DNA of 64,000 nt from an uncultured Actinomycetes bacterium (lineage in GTDB: Bacteria > Actinomycetota > Thermoleophilia > Gaiellales > JAICJC01): the NCBI GenBank assembly GCA_963825325.1, contig CAWGSU010000003.1:192895-256894 (forward strand), in the 5' to 3' direction. Positions 44,395 through 55,623 of this stretch are shown here, one piece after another (position 1 is the stretch's first letter; every line of letters begins with the position of its first letter). The notes under the pieces were generated by a model, which saw nothing but the letters and a program-made list of their open reading frames with translations, searched no databases and had not been told where the DNA came from. The position numbers and the translations under genes are program-made.

Positions 44395-45293
44395 TCCTGT
44401 GCGTCGCCGCGAACCCCTCGATCGACCGCCTGTTCACAGTCGACCGACTCGTGCTGGGCGAGATCCACCGGCCGGCCGAGTTCGTGCAGCTCGCGGGCGG
44501 CAAGGGCCTGAACGTGGCTCGGGCCGCGGCCGCGCTCGGCGGCGACGCCGAGGCGGTGGCGCTGCTTGGCGGCCACGCCGGCCGCTGGATCGCCGAGGAG
44601 CTCGCGGCCGAGGGCATCCGCCTGCACGTCGCCTGGGCGGCCGCCGAGACGCGCTCGTCGCTGTCGGTCGCGGGCGCGCTCGAGGGGTTGACCGAATTCT
44701 ACGAGCACGGCTTCCCGGTCGAGCCCGACGACTGGGCCGGCTTCGCCCGGCTCGTGGCCGACCTCGCGCCGCGGGCGCGGTGGATGACGCTCTCCGGGTC
44801 GCTTCCGTCCGGTGCGCCCGATGACGGCTACGTCGGACTCGTCGGGCTCGCGCGGGCCGCCTTCGACAGCCGCGCCGACGGACTCGAGGCGGGGGCCGCG
44901 GTCGTCAAGCTGAACGAGCACGAGGCGGCCGAGGTGACCGGCCTCGCGACGGCCGATACGGCGGCGGCGCTCGCCGCCGCCCGGGCGCTGCGCGAGCGGT
45001 CGGGGGCGACGGCGGTGGTGACCCGCGGCACAGAGGGGGCGATCATGGTGACGGCCGCCGGCGAGCAACTCGAGGGCCGCCTCGCCGCCCGCGGCTCCTA
45101 CCCCGTGGGGAGCGGCGACGCGTTCCTGGCCGGTCTGGTCGTCGCGCTCGACCGCGGCGCCGGCTGGGCCGATGCCCTGCGCGCGGCGCTCGGCGCCGGG
45201 GCGGCGAACGCCGAGCAGCCGGGGGCGGGGAGGCTCGAGCGTGCCCGTGCCGAGCGGCTCGCCGAGCTCGCGACGGTGCGCCAACTGCCCTGA
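44391..45293 (+). CDS. PfkB-family kinase of the 1-phosphofructokinase / tagatose-6-phosphate kinase type
   Basis: GTG at 44391 (GTGA overlap). Product VILCVAANPSIDRLFTV...AGGKGLNVARA...PVGSGDAFLAGL. Confidence 0.8.
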   Translation: MILCVAANPSIDRLFTVDRLVLGEIHRPAEFVQLAGGKGLNVARAAAALGGDAEAVALLGGHAGRWIAEELAAEGIRLHVAWAAAETRSSLSVAGALEGLTEFYEHGFPVEPDDWAGFARLVADLAPRARWMTLSGSLPSGAPDDGYVGLVGLARAAFDSRADGLEAGAAVVKLNEHEAAEVTGLATADTAAALAAARALRERSGATAVVTRGTEGAIMVTAAGEQLEGRLAARGSYPVGSGDAFLAGLVVALDRGAGWADALRAALGAGAANAEQPGAGRLERARAERLAELATVRQLP

Positions 45294-45300
45294 GCCGGCC

Positions 45301-46317
<1,017 letters not shown>

Positions 46318-46325
46318 GGTCCCCT

Positions 46326-47147
46326 TTATCCCTTGACGCCCGTGGCTGCGAGCGACTGCACGAACCAGCGCTGGGCGACGATGAACACGATCAGCATCGG
46401 TGCGAGCGCCATCACGTTGCCGGCCATGAGCAGGTTCCACTTGGTGATGTGGGCGCCCTGGAACGAGGCCAGGCCGAGCTGCACGGTGCTCTGATCGGTG
46501 GACGTGATCACGATCAGCGGCCACAGGAAGTCGTTCCACGTCCACAGGAACGTGACGATCCCGAGCGTCGCAAGCGCCGGCAGCGAGAGCGGAATCACGA
46601 TCCGGAAGAGCACGCCCAGACGCGAGCAGCCGTCGATGCGGGCCGCCTCCTCGAGCTCGATCGGAAGCGTGCGGAAGAACTGGCGCAGCAGGAAGATGCC
46701 AAATGGCGTGACCAGGTTCGGCGCGATCAGCGCTCCCAGCGAGTCGACGAGCCCGAGCTTCTGCACGATCAGGAACGTCGGGATCATGATCACCTGGAAC
46801 GGCACCATGAGCGTCGCGAGCAGCGCGATGAACAGAAGCTCGCGCCCGAAGAAGCGCAGCCGCGCGAAGGCGTAGCCGGCCAGGCTGCAGAACAGCAGGT
46901 TCCCGGCGACGGCCGACCCGGTCACGATCAGGCTGTTCACGAAGAAGCGGCCGAAGGGCGCCGCGTTCCACGCGTCCGGGTAGTTGTGCCAGTCGAGCGC
47001 CGATGGGATGAGGGTCGGCGGGAAGTGGCGCGTCTGGTCGAGCGTCTGCAGCGACGTCACGAGCATCCACGCGAGCGGCAGGAGCATCAGCGCCGACAGG
47101 GGCACGAGAGCCAGGTGGCGGGGGCTGAAGGGGAGCCGCAGCCTCAC
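46326..47147 (-). CDS. carbohydrate ABC transporter permease (MalG-like)
   Basis: GTG at 47147 (GTGA overlap). EAA loop EEAARIDGCSRLGVLFRIVIPL, 6 TM segments. Confidence 0.88.
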   Translation of the reverse strand: MRLRLPFSPRHLALVPLSALMLLPLAWMLVTSLQTLDQTRHFPPTLIPSALDWHNYPDAWNAAPFGRFFVNSLIVTGSAVAGNLLFCSLAGYAFARLRFFGRELLFIALLATLMVPFQVIMIPTFLIVQKLGLVDSLGALIAPNLVTPFGIFLLRQFFRTLPIELEEAARIDGCSRLGVLFRIVIPLSLPALATLGIVTFLWTWNDFLWPLIVITSTDQSTVQLGLASFQGAHITKWNLLMAGNVMALAPMLIVFIVAQRWFVQSLAATGVKG

Positions 47148-48034
47148 GAGGAGTAGTGCACCCGGCGGTTGCCGATCCAGAGCTGGATGATCGCGAACAC
47201 GAGCGTGGCCAGGAAGAGCACGTAGGCGATCGCTGCGGCGTAGCCGGCGTGGAAGAGCTCGAACGCCTGGCTGTAGATCTCGTACACGATCACCGTCGTC
47301 GCCTGCAGCGGCCCTCCGCGAGTGGTCACGTAGATCTCGTCGAACACCTGCAGCGCGTTGATCGTCGACCAGACGATCAGAAAGAGCGTCGCCGGCGAGA
47401 GCAGCGGCAGCGTCACGCAGCGGAACGTCGCGAAGCGGCCGGCGCCGTCGAGCTGCGCCGCCTCGATCACGTCGCGCGGGATGCCCTGCAGGGCGGCCAG
47501 GTAGATGATCACGTCGAAGCCGAGCCAGCCCCACACGGTCATCGCGACGATCGCGTACAGGGCCTGGTCGGGATCGGTGAAGAAGCCGTACGGGCCCATC
47601 CCGACCTTGCCGAGCAGGTAGTTGGCGATGCCGTAGGTAGGCTCGAGCAGCCAGTTGAAGATGATCCCCGTCGCCACCGTCGAGGTCGCCACCGGCACGA
47701 ACACCGAGGTGCGGTAGAAGCGCGAGAAGCGGATCGGGGCGTGCAGCAGCAGTGCAACGCCGAGCGCACCTCCGACCGAGAGCGGCACGAACAGCGCCGT
47801 GTAGACGAGCGTCCGCCGCACCGAGGCACGGAACACCGGGTCGTGGGCGAGCTCGCGGTAGTTCGCGAGGCCAACCCACGACGGTGCCGAGAGCAGGTCG
47901 TTGTGCTGGAACGAGAGCACGAGCGACCACCCGATCGGCACGAGGCCGAAGGCGGCGATCAGGACCGTGGCCGGCAGCACGAACAGCCAGCCGGCCACGT
48001 GGTCGGAGTGCAGGATGCGGCGGCCGCGCCTCAC
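47144..48034 (-). CDS. carbohydrate ABC transporter permease (MalF-like)
   Basis: GTG at 48034 (GTGA overlap with the binding-protein stop). EAA loop IEAAQLDGAGRFATFRCVTLPLL. Confidence 0.88.
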   Translation of the reverse strand: MRRGRRILHSDHVAGWLFVLPATVLIAAFGLVPIGWSLVLSFQHNDLLSAPSWVGLANYRELAHDPVFRASVRRTLVYTALFVPLSVGGALGVALLLHAPIRFSRFYRTSVFVPVATSTVATGIIFNWLLEPTYGIANYLLGKVGMGPYGFFTDPDQALYAIVAMTVWGWLGFDVIIYLAALQGIPRDVIEAAQLDGAGRFATFRCVTLPLLSPATLFLIVWSTINALQVFDEIYVTTRGGPLQATTVIVYEIYSQAFELFHAGYAAAIAYVLFLATLVFAIIQLWIGNRRVHYSS

Positions 48035-49305
48035 CCGCCGGTGGCCAGCACCTGGTTCACCTGGGCCGCCGCCTGGTCGAGCGCCTGTTGCGGCTGGGCC
48101 TTGCCGAGCAGCACCGCCTGGATCGCCTGCCCCATCGCCTGCGAGATCTCGCTGTAGGAGCCGAGCACCGGCCGCGCCTGCACGGCGTTGTGCAGGTTCT
48201 GGACGAACGTGGCGATGCCCTTGTACTTCTTCACGTAGGCCTGGAAGGACGGCTGCTTCACCTGCGATGCGCGGATCGGCAGGTCGCCGGTGGCAAGCGA
48301 CCACTGCGCCGCCTGGGCGGGCGACGTGAACCATTTCAGGAACGTCCACGACGCCTGGGTGCGGGCGGAGCCGTTGTCGAGCATGACCCACTGGTCGGGG
48401 CCGGAGATCGTCTGGTGGTTCAGATCGCCGGGCAGGATCTGCACGCCGTAGTCGACGTTCGGGAACTGGGACAGGTCCCACGGCCCCGTGAAGAGCATGC
48501 CGATCTTGCCGGAGTTGAACAGGTTGGCGTAGTTCTGGTTGCCGCTGTCGAGGTACACCGAGTGGTCGACGGTCGCCATCTGCTGGAGCAGCGTCGCCGC
48601 CTTCACTCCCGCCGGCGAGTTGAACGCCGCATGCTTCTGGTCGGGCGTGAGGATCGATCCGCCCGCCTGCCACAGGAGCGCGTCGAAACGCCACACCGTG
48701 TCCTCGCTCGCGTCGTTCACGTACGCCCACCCGAACTGCTTGGCGGCGGGGTTCGTGAGCTTCTTCGCGGCGGCGCGGAGGTCGTCCCACGTCCAGTTCG
48801 CAGTCGGATAGGGGATGTGCGCCTGGTTGAAGAGCTTCTTGTTGTAGACCAGGGCCAGGTTGTCGACGAGGGCGGGGACGCCGATGATCTTGTCGCCGAC
48901 GGTGACCGCCTTGCGCTCGGCCGGCCAGAAATCGTTCCAGTGGATCGACGGATCCGACTTGATGAGCGGCGCCAGGTTGACCGCCTTCGGCGTGCGGGCC
49001 ACGTTCGCGGCCCACGAGCCGTACAGGTAGACGATGTCGGGGTAGTGGCCGCCGCGCAGCGCCGTCAGCACCTTCTCGAGCGCGTAGTCGGAGTTGCCGT
49101 AGTTCTGGACGGTGATGTGGATCTTGGAGTGCGTGGCGTTGAACCGCGCGGCCGCGGCCGTCATCGCCTTGCCCTCGGTGTCGACGTAGCCGTGCCAGAG
49201 GGTGATGTTCACGACGCCGCCGCTCGACGACGAGCCGGATCCGCCGCAGCCGGTTACGGCGAGCGTGGCGGCGAATGCCGTGGCAATGAGGAGCAGGCGT
49301 CTCAT
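48031..49305 (-). CDS. sugar ABC transporter substrate-binding lipoprotein
   Basis: 424 aa. Lipobox LAVTGCGG. Family-1 solute-binding pattern ITLWHGY...GVPALVDNLALVYNKKLF. Confidence 0.9.
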   Translation of the reverse strand: MRRLLLIATAFAATLAVTGCGGSGSSSSGGVVNITLWHGYVDTEGKAMTAAAARFNATHSKIHITVQNYGNSDYALEKVLTALRGGHYPDIVYLYGSWAANVARTPKAVNLAPLIKSDPSIHWNDFWPAERKAVTVGDKIIGVPALVDNLALVYNKKLFNQAHIPYPTANWTWDDLRAAAKKLTNPAAKQFGWAYVNDASEDTVWRFDALLWQAGGSILTPDQKHAAFNSPAGVKAATLLQQMATVDHSVYLDSGNQNYANLFNSGKIGMLFTGPWDLSQFPNVDYGVQILPGDLNHQTISGPDQWVMLDNGSARTQASWTFLKWFTSPAQAAQWSLATGDLPIRASQVKQPSFQAYVKKYKGIATFVQNLHNAVQARPVLGSYSEISQAMGQAIQAVLLGKAQPQQALDQAAAQVNQVLATGG

Positions 49306-50186
49306 GTGAGCACCACCGATCGTGTGAGGTTGCGGGGAGTGTCGGGGTCGAAGCCGCGCGCGACGGCAAGCGCAAGCGCGAGGCGGTGGCAGAGCACGAG
49401 CGTGGCCAGCGGCTCCGCGTCAGGCTCGTGCAGGTGGGCGCCGGTCGCGCCGATATCGGCGGCGAGCGCCGGGTCGATCGGGCCGAACGGGACGACGAGC
49501 GTGCGCGCATCGGCGGTCGCGATCGGGCCGTGGCGGTACTCCATGGCCGGGTAGGACTCGGTCCATGCACGGGCCGCCTCGCGCAGCTTGAGCGCGCCCT
49601 CGGCGGCGAGCCCGACCGTCCAGCCGCTGCCGAGGAAGTGGAAGCGCTCGAACGCGGCCGGGTCGAGCGGCAGTGGGCCGGCCAGCACGCGCTCGGCGGC
49701 GGCGGCGGCCGGCGCCGTGTCGATGCCGAGCGCCGCGAGCAGCACGACCAGGGCCGTCGTTGCAAAGCGGGTCTGGACGACCGAGTGCTCGTCGGCGAAG
49801 GGCAGCGCCACCGTGTGCTTGGCGGCGCGGGCCAGCGGGCTCTCGGGGACAGCGGTCAGGAGCGTCGTGCGGGTGTGCCCGTCGAGCGCCGTGACCGCCT
49901 GCAGCACCTCGGTCGTCGTGCCCGAGCGCGAGATCGCAAGCACGGCGTCGTAGCGGCGGCCGGATGGGAACTCCGACGCCGGGAAGGCGTCGGTCTCGCC
50001 GTGCCCCGCCGCCTCGCGCGACCGCGCATAGGCCTGGGCGATGTAGAGCGACGTGCCGCAGCCGAGCACGGCGATGCGGCCGCCGTTCTGGGGCAGGGCG
50101 TCGAGCCCCGGAAGCTGCGCCGCCCGCCTCCACAGCGCCGGCTGGCTGGTCAGCTCCTGCTCGATTGCGCTCATATCGGGCGACAT
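49302..50186 (-). CDS. SIS-domain sugar-phosphate isomerase/deaminase (AgaS-like)
   Basis: 294 aa with IAVLGCGTSLYIAQAYA and AISRSGTTTEV. There is a 4-nt overlap with the binding-protein gene. Confidence 0.8.
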   Translation of the reverse strand: MSPDMSAIEQELTSQPALWRRAAQLPGLDALPQNGGRIAVLGCGTSLYIAQAYARSREAAGHGETDAFPASEFPSGRRYDAVLAISRSGTTTEVLQAVTALDGHTRTTLLTAVPESPLARAAKHTVALPFADEHSVVQTRFATTALVVLLAALGIDTAPAAAAAERVLAGPLPLDPAAFERFHFLGSGWTVGLAAEGALKLREAARAWTESYPAMEYRHGPIATADARTLVVPFGPIDPALAADIGATGAHLHEPDAEPLATLVLCHRLALALAVARGFDPDTPRNLTRSVVLT

Positions 50187-50248
50187 TACGCCACAAACGC
50201 ACAGAAATCAACGGTTTGCGGACGTTTGCTGCCGGTAGGATGGGCGCG

Positions 50249-51007
50249 ATGCGCCAGTCCGACCGCTTCAACCACATCATCAAGCAGCTCTCGGTGCAGG
50301 GATCGGTCGCCGTCGGCGACCTCGTCGACGACATGGACGTGTCGGCGGCCACCATCCGCCGCGACCTCGCCCTGCTCGAGCAGCAGCGCCTGCTCGCGCG
50401 CACCCACGGCGGCGCGGTGGCGCACGGCGTGCTCTACGAGCTGCCGCTGCGCTATCGCAGCGCCGACCGCCGCGACCAGAAGACGCGCATCGCCCGCGCC
50501 GCCGCCGCGCGCGTCCCCGACGGCGCCGCGATCGGCATGACGGGCGGCACGACCACCACCGAGGTGGCCCGTGTGCTCTCGGAGCGGCGGCGTTTGACCG
50601 TGGTGACGAACTCGCTCAGCATCGCCTCCGAGCTCGCGGTGCGCCCGAACCTGAAGCTGGTCGTCACGGGCGGGGTCGCCCGCCCGGAGTCCTACGAGCT
50701 GGTCGGACCGCTGGCCGAGAGCGCGCTCGCCTCGCTCAACCTCGACCTGGTGCTCGTCGGCGTCGACGGGATCTCGGTGGACGAGGGCTTCACGACCCAC
50801 CACGAGGTTGAGGCGCACACGAACTACGCCCTGATCGAGCGGGCGCGGCGCGTGATCGTCGTCGCCGACAGCTCCAAGCTCGGCCAGGTCGCGTTCGCGC
50901 GCATCTGCCGCGTCGATCAGGTCCACGAGCTGATCTCCGACACGGGCGCCGCGCCCGCCGAGGCCGAGGCGATCCGCGCCGCGGGAGTAGAGGTCACGCT
51001 GGTCTGA
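50249..51007 (+). CDS. DeoR-family transcriptional regulator
   Basis: ATG at 50249. Product MRQSDRFNHIIKQLSVQGSVAVGDLVDDMDVSAATIRRDLALLEQQRLLARTHGGA, plus a DeoR C-terminal sensor domain. Confidence 0.9.
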   Translation: MRQSDRFNHIIKQLSVQGSVAVGDLVDDMDVSAATIRRDLALLEQQRLLARTHGGAVAHGVLYELPLRYRSADRRDQKTRIARAAAARVPDGAAIGMTGGTTTTEVARVLSERRRLTVVTNSLSIASELAVRPNLKLVVTGGVARPESYELVGPLAESALASLNLDLVLVGVDGISVDEGFTTHHEVEAHTNYALIERARRVIVVADSSKLGQVAFARICRVDQVHELISDTGAAPAEAEAIRAAGVEVTLV

Positions 51008-51687
51008 CGCCGCCGCCCGCGAGAAGTTGGGCGCAGGCCGCCTCGCCGAACCACTCCTCGTAGGCCGCGGGCGTCCAGCCACGGTCGCGCACGAGCAGCA
51101 GCCAGACATCGGGGTGGTTGAGCGTCCACAAGATGTCCGCCGCTCGGGCGACGTCGAGGCCGGGCCGGAGCGCGCCCTTCGCGTCGAGCCGGCGCACGAT
51201 CTCGGCCTGGTTTTCGTGGAACTGCGACTGGATGCGGCCCCACAGCGCCGCGATCTCGGGCTCGAGCGGCGCGGCGCTTCGGATCACGCCCATCACGGCG
51301 CCGGCGCGCTCCTTGACCGCGCGCGAGTTGCGGGCGTTCAGGCGCAGCTGCCGCATCGGGTCGGGCTCGGCGAGCACCTCGCGGTACCAGTCGCGGTCGT
51401 GCACGGCGACGCCGTCGTCGGCGCCGCGCAGGAGCTGGTTCCAAAGGGCGGTCAGCAGGCCGCTCTTGGTTGCGAAGGCGACGTAGACCGTCTTCAGCGC
51501 GACGCCTGCATCGGCGGCGATCGTCGCCATCGTCGTTGCCGCATACCCGTCGCGTTCGAGCAGCCGCTGGGCCGATGCCAGGATCAGCCGCCGGGTCGCG
51601 GCCGCCTGCTGACGCCGCCGCGGCGACTCGTACCGGCGACTGGATTTGACGGGCTCGGCGATTTTGGTAGTCTAGTCGAGACTTCAT
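50994..51687 (-). pseudogene. TetR-family regulator gene with a 1-nt frameshift near its 5' end
   Basis: The HTH RRLILASAQRLLERDGYAATTMATIAADAGVALKTVYVAF has no in-frame start after the TAG at 51672-51674. ATG 51687 (MKSRLDYQ) is in the adjacent frame. Removing one base of the TTTT run at 51662-51665 joins them. Length 694 = 3n+1. Confidence 0.6.
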
Positions 51688-51729
51688 TACTCGTAACGAG
51701 CAATGAATATGACGAAAGGGAGTCTCAGG

Positions 51730-52602
51730 ATGAGCACCAGCAGCATCATCGAGCGGTCGGACGACGATCTCCGCGCCCATCTGCACGGCATGTGGTCGGG
51801 CGTGGCGTGGGCGTGGGCGGCGAACGCCGCGTTCGTCGACGCCCGCGGCGAGCGGGTCACCGAGCGGATGCTCGCGCTCGCGCAGCCCCGGACGGGCGAG
51901 CGGGTGCTCGAGCTCGCGTGCGGCGCCGGCGGACCGGGCCTTCAGGCCGCGGCGATGGTCGGCCTGGAGGGCGAGGTGGTGCTCTCCGACGTGTCCATCG
52001 AGATGACGTCCATCGCCTCGGCGAGAGCGGCTGCGCTCGGCCTGCACAACGCGACCGGCCGTGCGCTCGACCTCGAGGACATCGACGAGCCCGACGCGGC
52101 CTACGACGTCGTGCTCTGCCGGGAGGGACTCATGCTCGTGCCCGATCCGGCCCGCGCCGCCCGCGAGATCCACCGCGTCGTTCGGCCCGGTGGGCGCGTC
52201 GTCGCGACCGTCTGGGGCCCGCGGGCCGCAAACCCGTGGCTCGGCATCGTCTTCGACGTCGTCAGCGAGCAGCTCGGCACGCCGACGCCGCCGCCCGGCA
52301 TCCCGCATCCGTTCTCGCTCGCCGATGCCGGCGAGCTCGCAGGCGTGCTCCGCGGTGCGGGGTGGGCCGATGTCGGGGTCAGCGAGCTCGAGACGCCCTA
52401 CCACGCCGACACGGTCGACGAGTGGTGGCAGCGCACGGCGGCCCTCGCCGGGCCACTCGCGCAGCGGCTTGCGGCACTGCCCGCGCCGGCGGCCAGCGCA
52501 CTTCGGGCCCGCGCGGCCGCGGCGATCGCCGCCTATGAGACGCCGGCGGGCCTCGACATCCCCGGCATGAGCCTGGTGGCTTCGGCCCGGCGGCCCGGCT
52601 GA
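51730..52602 (+). CDS. class I SAM-dependent methyltransferase
   Basis: Motif I VLELACGAGG and post-I VVLSDVS. ATG 51730 follows RBS AAAGGGAG. An alternative ATG is at 51703. Confidence 0.88.
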   Translation: MSTSSIIERSDDDLRAHLHGMWSGVAWAWAANAAFVDARGERVTERMLALAQPRTGERVLELACGAGGPGLQAAAMVGLEGEVVLSDVSIEMTSIASARAAALGLHNATGRALDLEDIDEPDAAYDVVLCREGLMLVPDPARAAREIHRVVRPGGRVVATVWGPRAANPWLGIVFDVVSEQLGTPTPPPGIPHPFSLADAGELAGVLRGAGWADVGVSELETPYHADTVDEWWQRTAALAGPLAQRLAALPAPAASALRARAAAAIAAYETPAGLDIPGMSLVASARRPG

Positions 52603-52639
52603 CGGCGCCGTTCGGCGAGAGGCTGATCGTGAACGCGCT

Positions 52640-53344
52640 CTACCGCGTTCTGGCCTGACCGCCCCGGGCGCGCGCGAGGGCCACTCCGACGCCCGTCACC
52701 CACACGAGCAGGAGCGGGAGCGAGACCCACGCGGCGAGGGCGGGGCCGCTCAGCAGGAGCAGGTAGCCGACGCCTGAAATCGCGATCGCGACGGCGAGGG
52801 CCAGCGACTCGTAGGCGAGCCAGCGGGGCAGCGGCGGGTGCCCGGCCCGCAGGAGCGCGAACGCCGCGAGGGCGACCGCGGCGAGCAGGAGCATCTTGAC
52901 GCCGTCGAGGCGGTTGATCGCGTCGAACACAGTCACCGCCGGGCCGGTGCGGCGGTCGGGAATGAGGCGGCCGGCCAGGTACAGGCCGAGCACGCACTGC
53001 ACGATCGAGATCGCTGCGGCGGCGAGGCCGCATGCGAGCAGCGCCTGGCTGGGCCGGTGGCCGCCGGCCGCCCGGGCAAGCGCCCACACGACCACCAGAA
53101 GCGCGATCGCGGGCACGCCCTCGGTGAGCACGTACTGGGCTGTCGCGACGCCGCGGTGCCCGGCGTAGGTGGACACGAGGTCGGCTCCCGACGAGTGCAC
53201 GTCGGCCGACGACGAGAAGATCGCGAGGCCGACGGCCCACGAGATCGAGTAGAGGATGCCGGCCAGGGCCGGGGTGGCCAGAATCCAGTGATGTCCCGAC
53301 CGTGCCACCCGCCCCGCCGCGGCGCTGTCCCCCCGCGTGGCCAT
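52640..53344 (-). CDS. DUF4386-like polytopic membrane protein
   Basis: 234 aa with about 6 TM segments. Its organisation is similar to 34742..35453. Confidence 0.75.
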   Translation of the reverse strand: MATRGDSAAAGRVARSGHHWILATPALAGILYSISWAVGLAIFSSSADVHSSGADLVSTYAGHRGVATAQYVLTEGVPAIALLVVVWALARAAGGHRPSQALLACGLAAAAISIVQCVLGLYLAGRLIPDRRTGPAVTVFDAINRLDGVKMLLLAAVALAAFALLRAGHPPLPRWLAYESLALAVAIAISGVGYLLLLSGPALAAWVSLPLLLVWVTGVGVALARARGGQARTR

Positions 53345-53353
53345 GGGGTGCGT

Positions 53354-53761
53354 CTACCCGGGATGATCCGGGCGGAAACCTGCTGCCACAAGCGCGGCCG
53401 CCGCCTGGTCGGCATCGGCCCGCGTGGGCGCGCGGCGGGTGGCCAGCGGCCGGCCGAGCGGGTCGAGCAGCTCCACGTCGTAGCCGCGGCCGATGCGGCG
53501 GCGCACGCGCGCCCACGGCCGCGGCCCGTCCGCCGCGAGGTGCTCGAGGCCACCCGATCGCGCCAGCTTGAGCAGCGGATTGACCCCGCCCAGGAGCTCG
53601 TCGCCGATCGTGATCTGGGGCATCGAGCGCACGCGCCCGTACCTGCCCGGAAGCTCCGCGAGCGGCCGCGTCGCGTAGTCGATCCCGAAGCGGTCGAGGA
53701 TGGCCCTGGCCTGGGTGCAGGCGGGGCAGGTCGAGCCGTAGATGACGACCGCGTGGGCCAT
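53354..53761 (-). CDS. glutaredoxin-like protein with a C-terminal extension
   Basis: ATG at 53761. Product MAHAVVIYGSTCPACTQARAILDRFGIDY...MPQITIGDELLGG, with a CPAC active site. Confidence 0.8.
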   Translation of the reverse strand: MAHAVVIYGSTCPACTQARAILDRFGIDYATRPLAELPGRYGRVRSMPQITIGDELLGGVNPLLKLARSGGLEHLAADGPRPWARVRRRIGRGYDVELLDPLGRPLATRRAPTRADADQAAAALVAAGFRPDHPG

Positions 53762-53800
53762 GGCGTCCTCCCCCGGAGCGTACCTGTACGCTGGCCCATC

Positions 53801-54676
53801 ATGATCACCGAGCACCTGCGCACCCTGCGCCTCACCGAGCACCTGATCGGGTTCTACGACGGCCGCATCTCCGGGCAGGTGTTCGCGGACGGGCCGAACT
53901 GGGTGGACGACGGCGCGCTCGAGCTCGGCGTCTGCAGCTACGCCCTCGTCGACGGCTCCGAGGCGCTCATCTACGACACGCACATCTCGGTGCCGCACGC
54001 CGCGGCCGTGCGGGCCGAGGTCGAGCGGCTCGGCGCCACGCGCATCACGGTCGTCCTGAGCCACTCGCACCTCGACCACATCGCCGGCACCGAGGCGTTC
54101 GCCGGCTGCGAGATCGTCGCGAACGCCCTGACCGCCGAGCGGCTGCAGCGCGACCGGGCCGCGATCGAGGCGGGCACGCACAGCGGGCCGCCTGCGATCG
54201 CCCCGCTCGTCATGCCCACGAGGACGTTCGAGGGCCGCACGCACCTCGAGGTCGGCGTGATCGGCGTCGACCTCGTCCAGTTCGACATTCACAGCGCCGA
54301 CGGGACGGTGCTTCACATCCCGGACGAGGGGCTGCTCCTCGCCGGCGACACGCTCGAGGACACGGTCACCTACGTCTCCGAGCCCGAGGGGCTCGCGGCG
54401 CACCTGGCCGAGCTCGAGCGGATGCGCGGCCTTGCGATCGACCGCATCTACCCCAACCACGGGAGCGCCGAGATCATCGCGGCCGGCGGATACGACGGGC
54501 ACCTGATCACGGCCACCGAGCAGTACGTCGGAGAGCTCCTGCGCCACGCCCGCGAGCCGCGGCCGGGCGACGACGACCTGCGCACCTTCATCGCCGGGCC
54601 GCTCGAGGCGGGGTGGGTGAGCTACTTCGCGCCATACCAGCGCGTGCACGAGTCAAACCTCGCCGCCGTCAGCTGA
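53801..54676 (+). CDS. MBL-fold metallo-hydrolase
   Basis: ATG at 53801. Motifs VVLSHSHLDHIAG and LLLAGDTLED. Confidence 0.88.
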   Translation: MITEHLRTLRLTEHLIGFYDGRISGQVFADGPNWVDDGALELGVCSYALVDGSEALIYDTHISVPHAAAVRAEVERLGATRITVVLSHSHLDHIAGTEAFAGCEIVANALTAERLQRDRAAIEAGTHSGPPAIAPLVMPTRTFEGRTHLEVGVIGVDLVQFDIHSADGTVLHIPDEGLLLAGDTLEDTVTYVSEPEGLAAHLAELERMRGLAIDRIYPNHGSAEIIAAGGYDGHLITATEQYVGELLRHAREPRPGDDDLRTFIAGPLEAGWVSYFAPYQRVHESNLAAVS

Positions 54677-55433
54677 TGACGGTGCCGACGAGGCGGCCGA
54701 TCCCGTAGGTCACGGCGGCGGCGCCGAGTCCGAAGAGCAGCTGGCGCACGCCTGAGCGCAGCGGCGAGCGCCCGGTCAGCGTGGTCACGATCACGCCGAG
54801 CAGGAAGAGCACGAGCGCGCTCAGGATCACGCTTGCGACCAGGGCGGGTGTCCGCGCGGTCACGATGAACGGGATGATCGGCACGGCGGCGCCGATGCAG
54901 AACATCGCAAACGACGAGCCGGCCGCCTTCCACGGTGAGCCGCCCAGGTCGTCGGGGTTGATGCCGAGCTCCTCGCGCGCCATCACGCCGAGCGCCACCG
55001 ACCGGTCGGCGATCACGCTCTCGGCCAGCCGGCGGGCGCCCTCCGGCTCGAGGCCGCGCTGGGTGTAGAGCGCCGCGAGCTCGGCGGCCTCGTCGCCGGG
55101 GAAGCGCTTCAGCTCCTCCGCCTCGACCCGCAGCTCGCGCTCGTAGAGCTCCCGCGAGGTCTGCACCGAGATCCACTCGCCCATCGCCATCGCACACGAG
55201 CCCGCCGCGAGCCCGGCGAAGCCGGTGATGAGGATCGTGCGGGCCGCGAGCGAGGCGCCGGCGACCCCCGCGACCAGGCTCAGGTTCGAGACCAGCCCGT
55301 CGTTGGCGCCGAGCACCGCCGCGCGCACCGTGTTGCCTGCCACGGAGCGGTGGCTGGCCTGGAGGGCGGCCCAGGTCGGCATCGCGCCGGGCGGCTCGGC
55401 GTCGCTCACATGCGGGTCGGGGGTGGAGGTCAC
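54669..55433 (-). CDS. VIT1/CCC1-family iron/manganese transporter
   Basis: 254 aa with AAVLGANDGLVSNLSLVAGVAGA, a cytoplasmic helical insert, and C-terminal TM segments. Confidence 0.88.
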   Translation of the reverse strand: MTSTPDPHVSDAEPPGAMPTWAALQASHRSVAGNTVRAAVLGANDGLVSNLSLVAGVAGASLAARTILITGFAGLAAGSCAMAMGEWISVQTSRELYERELRVEAEELKRFPGDEAAELAALYTQRGLEPEGARRLAESVIADRSVALGVMAREELGINPDDLGGSPWKAAGSSFAMFCIGAAVPIIPFIVTARTPALVASVILSALVLFLLGVIVTTLTGRSPLRSGVRQLLFGLGAAAVTYGIGRLVGTVIS

Positions 55434-55623
55434 AGCGGTTGCTGCGAGTGTAGTCGTGGAGCGGCATTCGGCCGCCTGATGCCGTTGTGATCTCAGGGTC
55501 TACCTGACAGTGAGAGATGCGGTCGGGGCGGCGCTCTCTTCGCGGTGCAGCACGACCTCGTGGCGGACAACGGCGAGCCCGGCTGAGAGAATACGGGCCC
55601 GTCATCGGCAAGGAGCGTCAAAT

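Noticed and set aside
51645-51654. ATTTGACGGG, 10 nt identical to the right half of the core, inside the 5' region of the frameshifted TetR gene
   Set aside because: No similarity extends to the left half of the core or to any arm. It lies in coding sequence (PVKS) and is probably a chance match.
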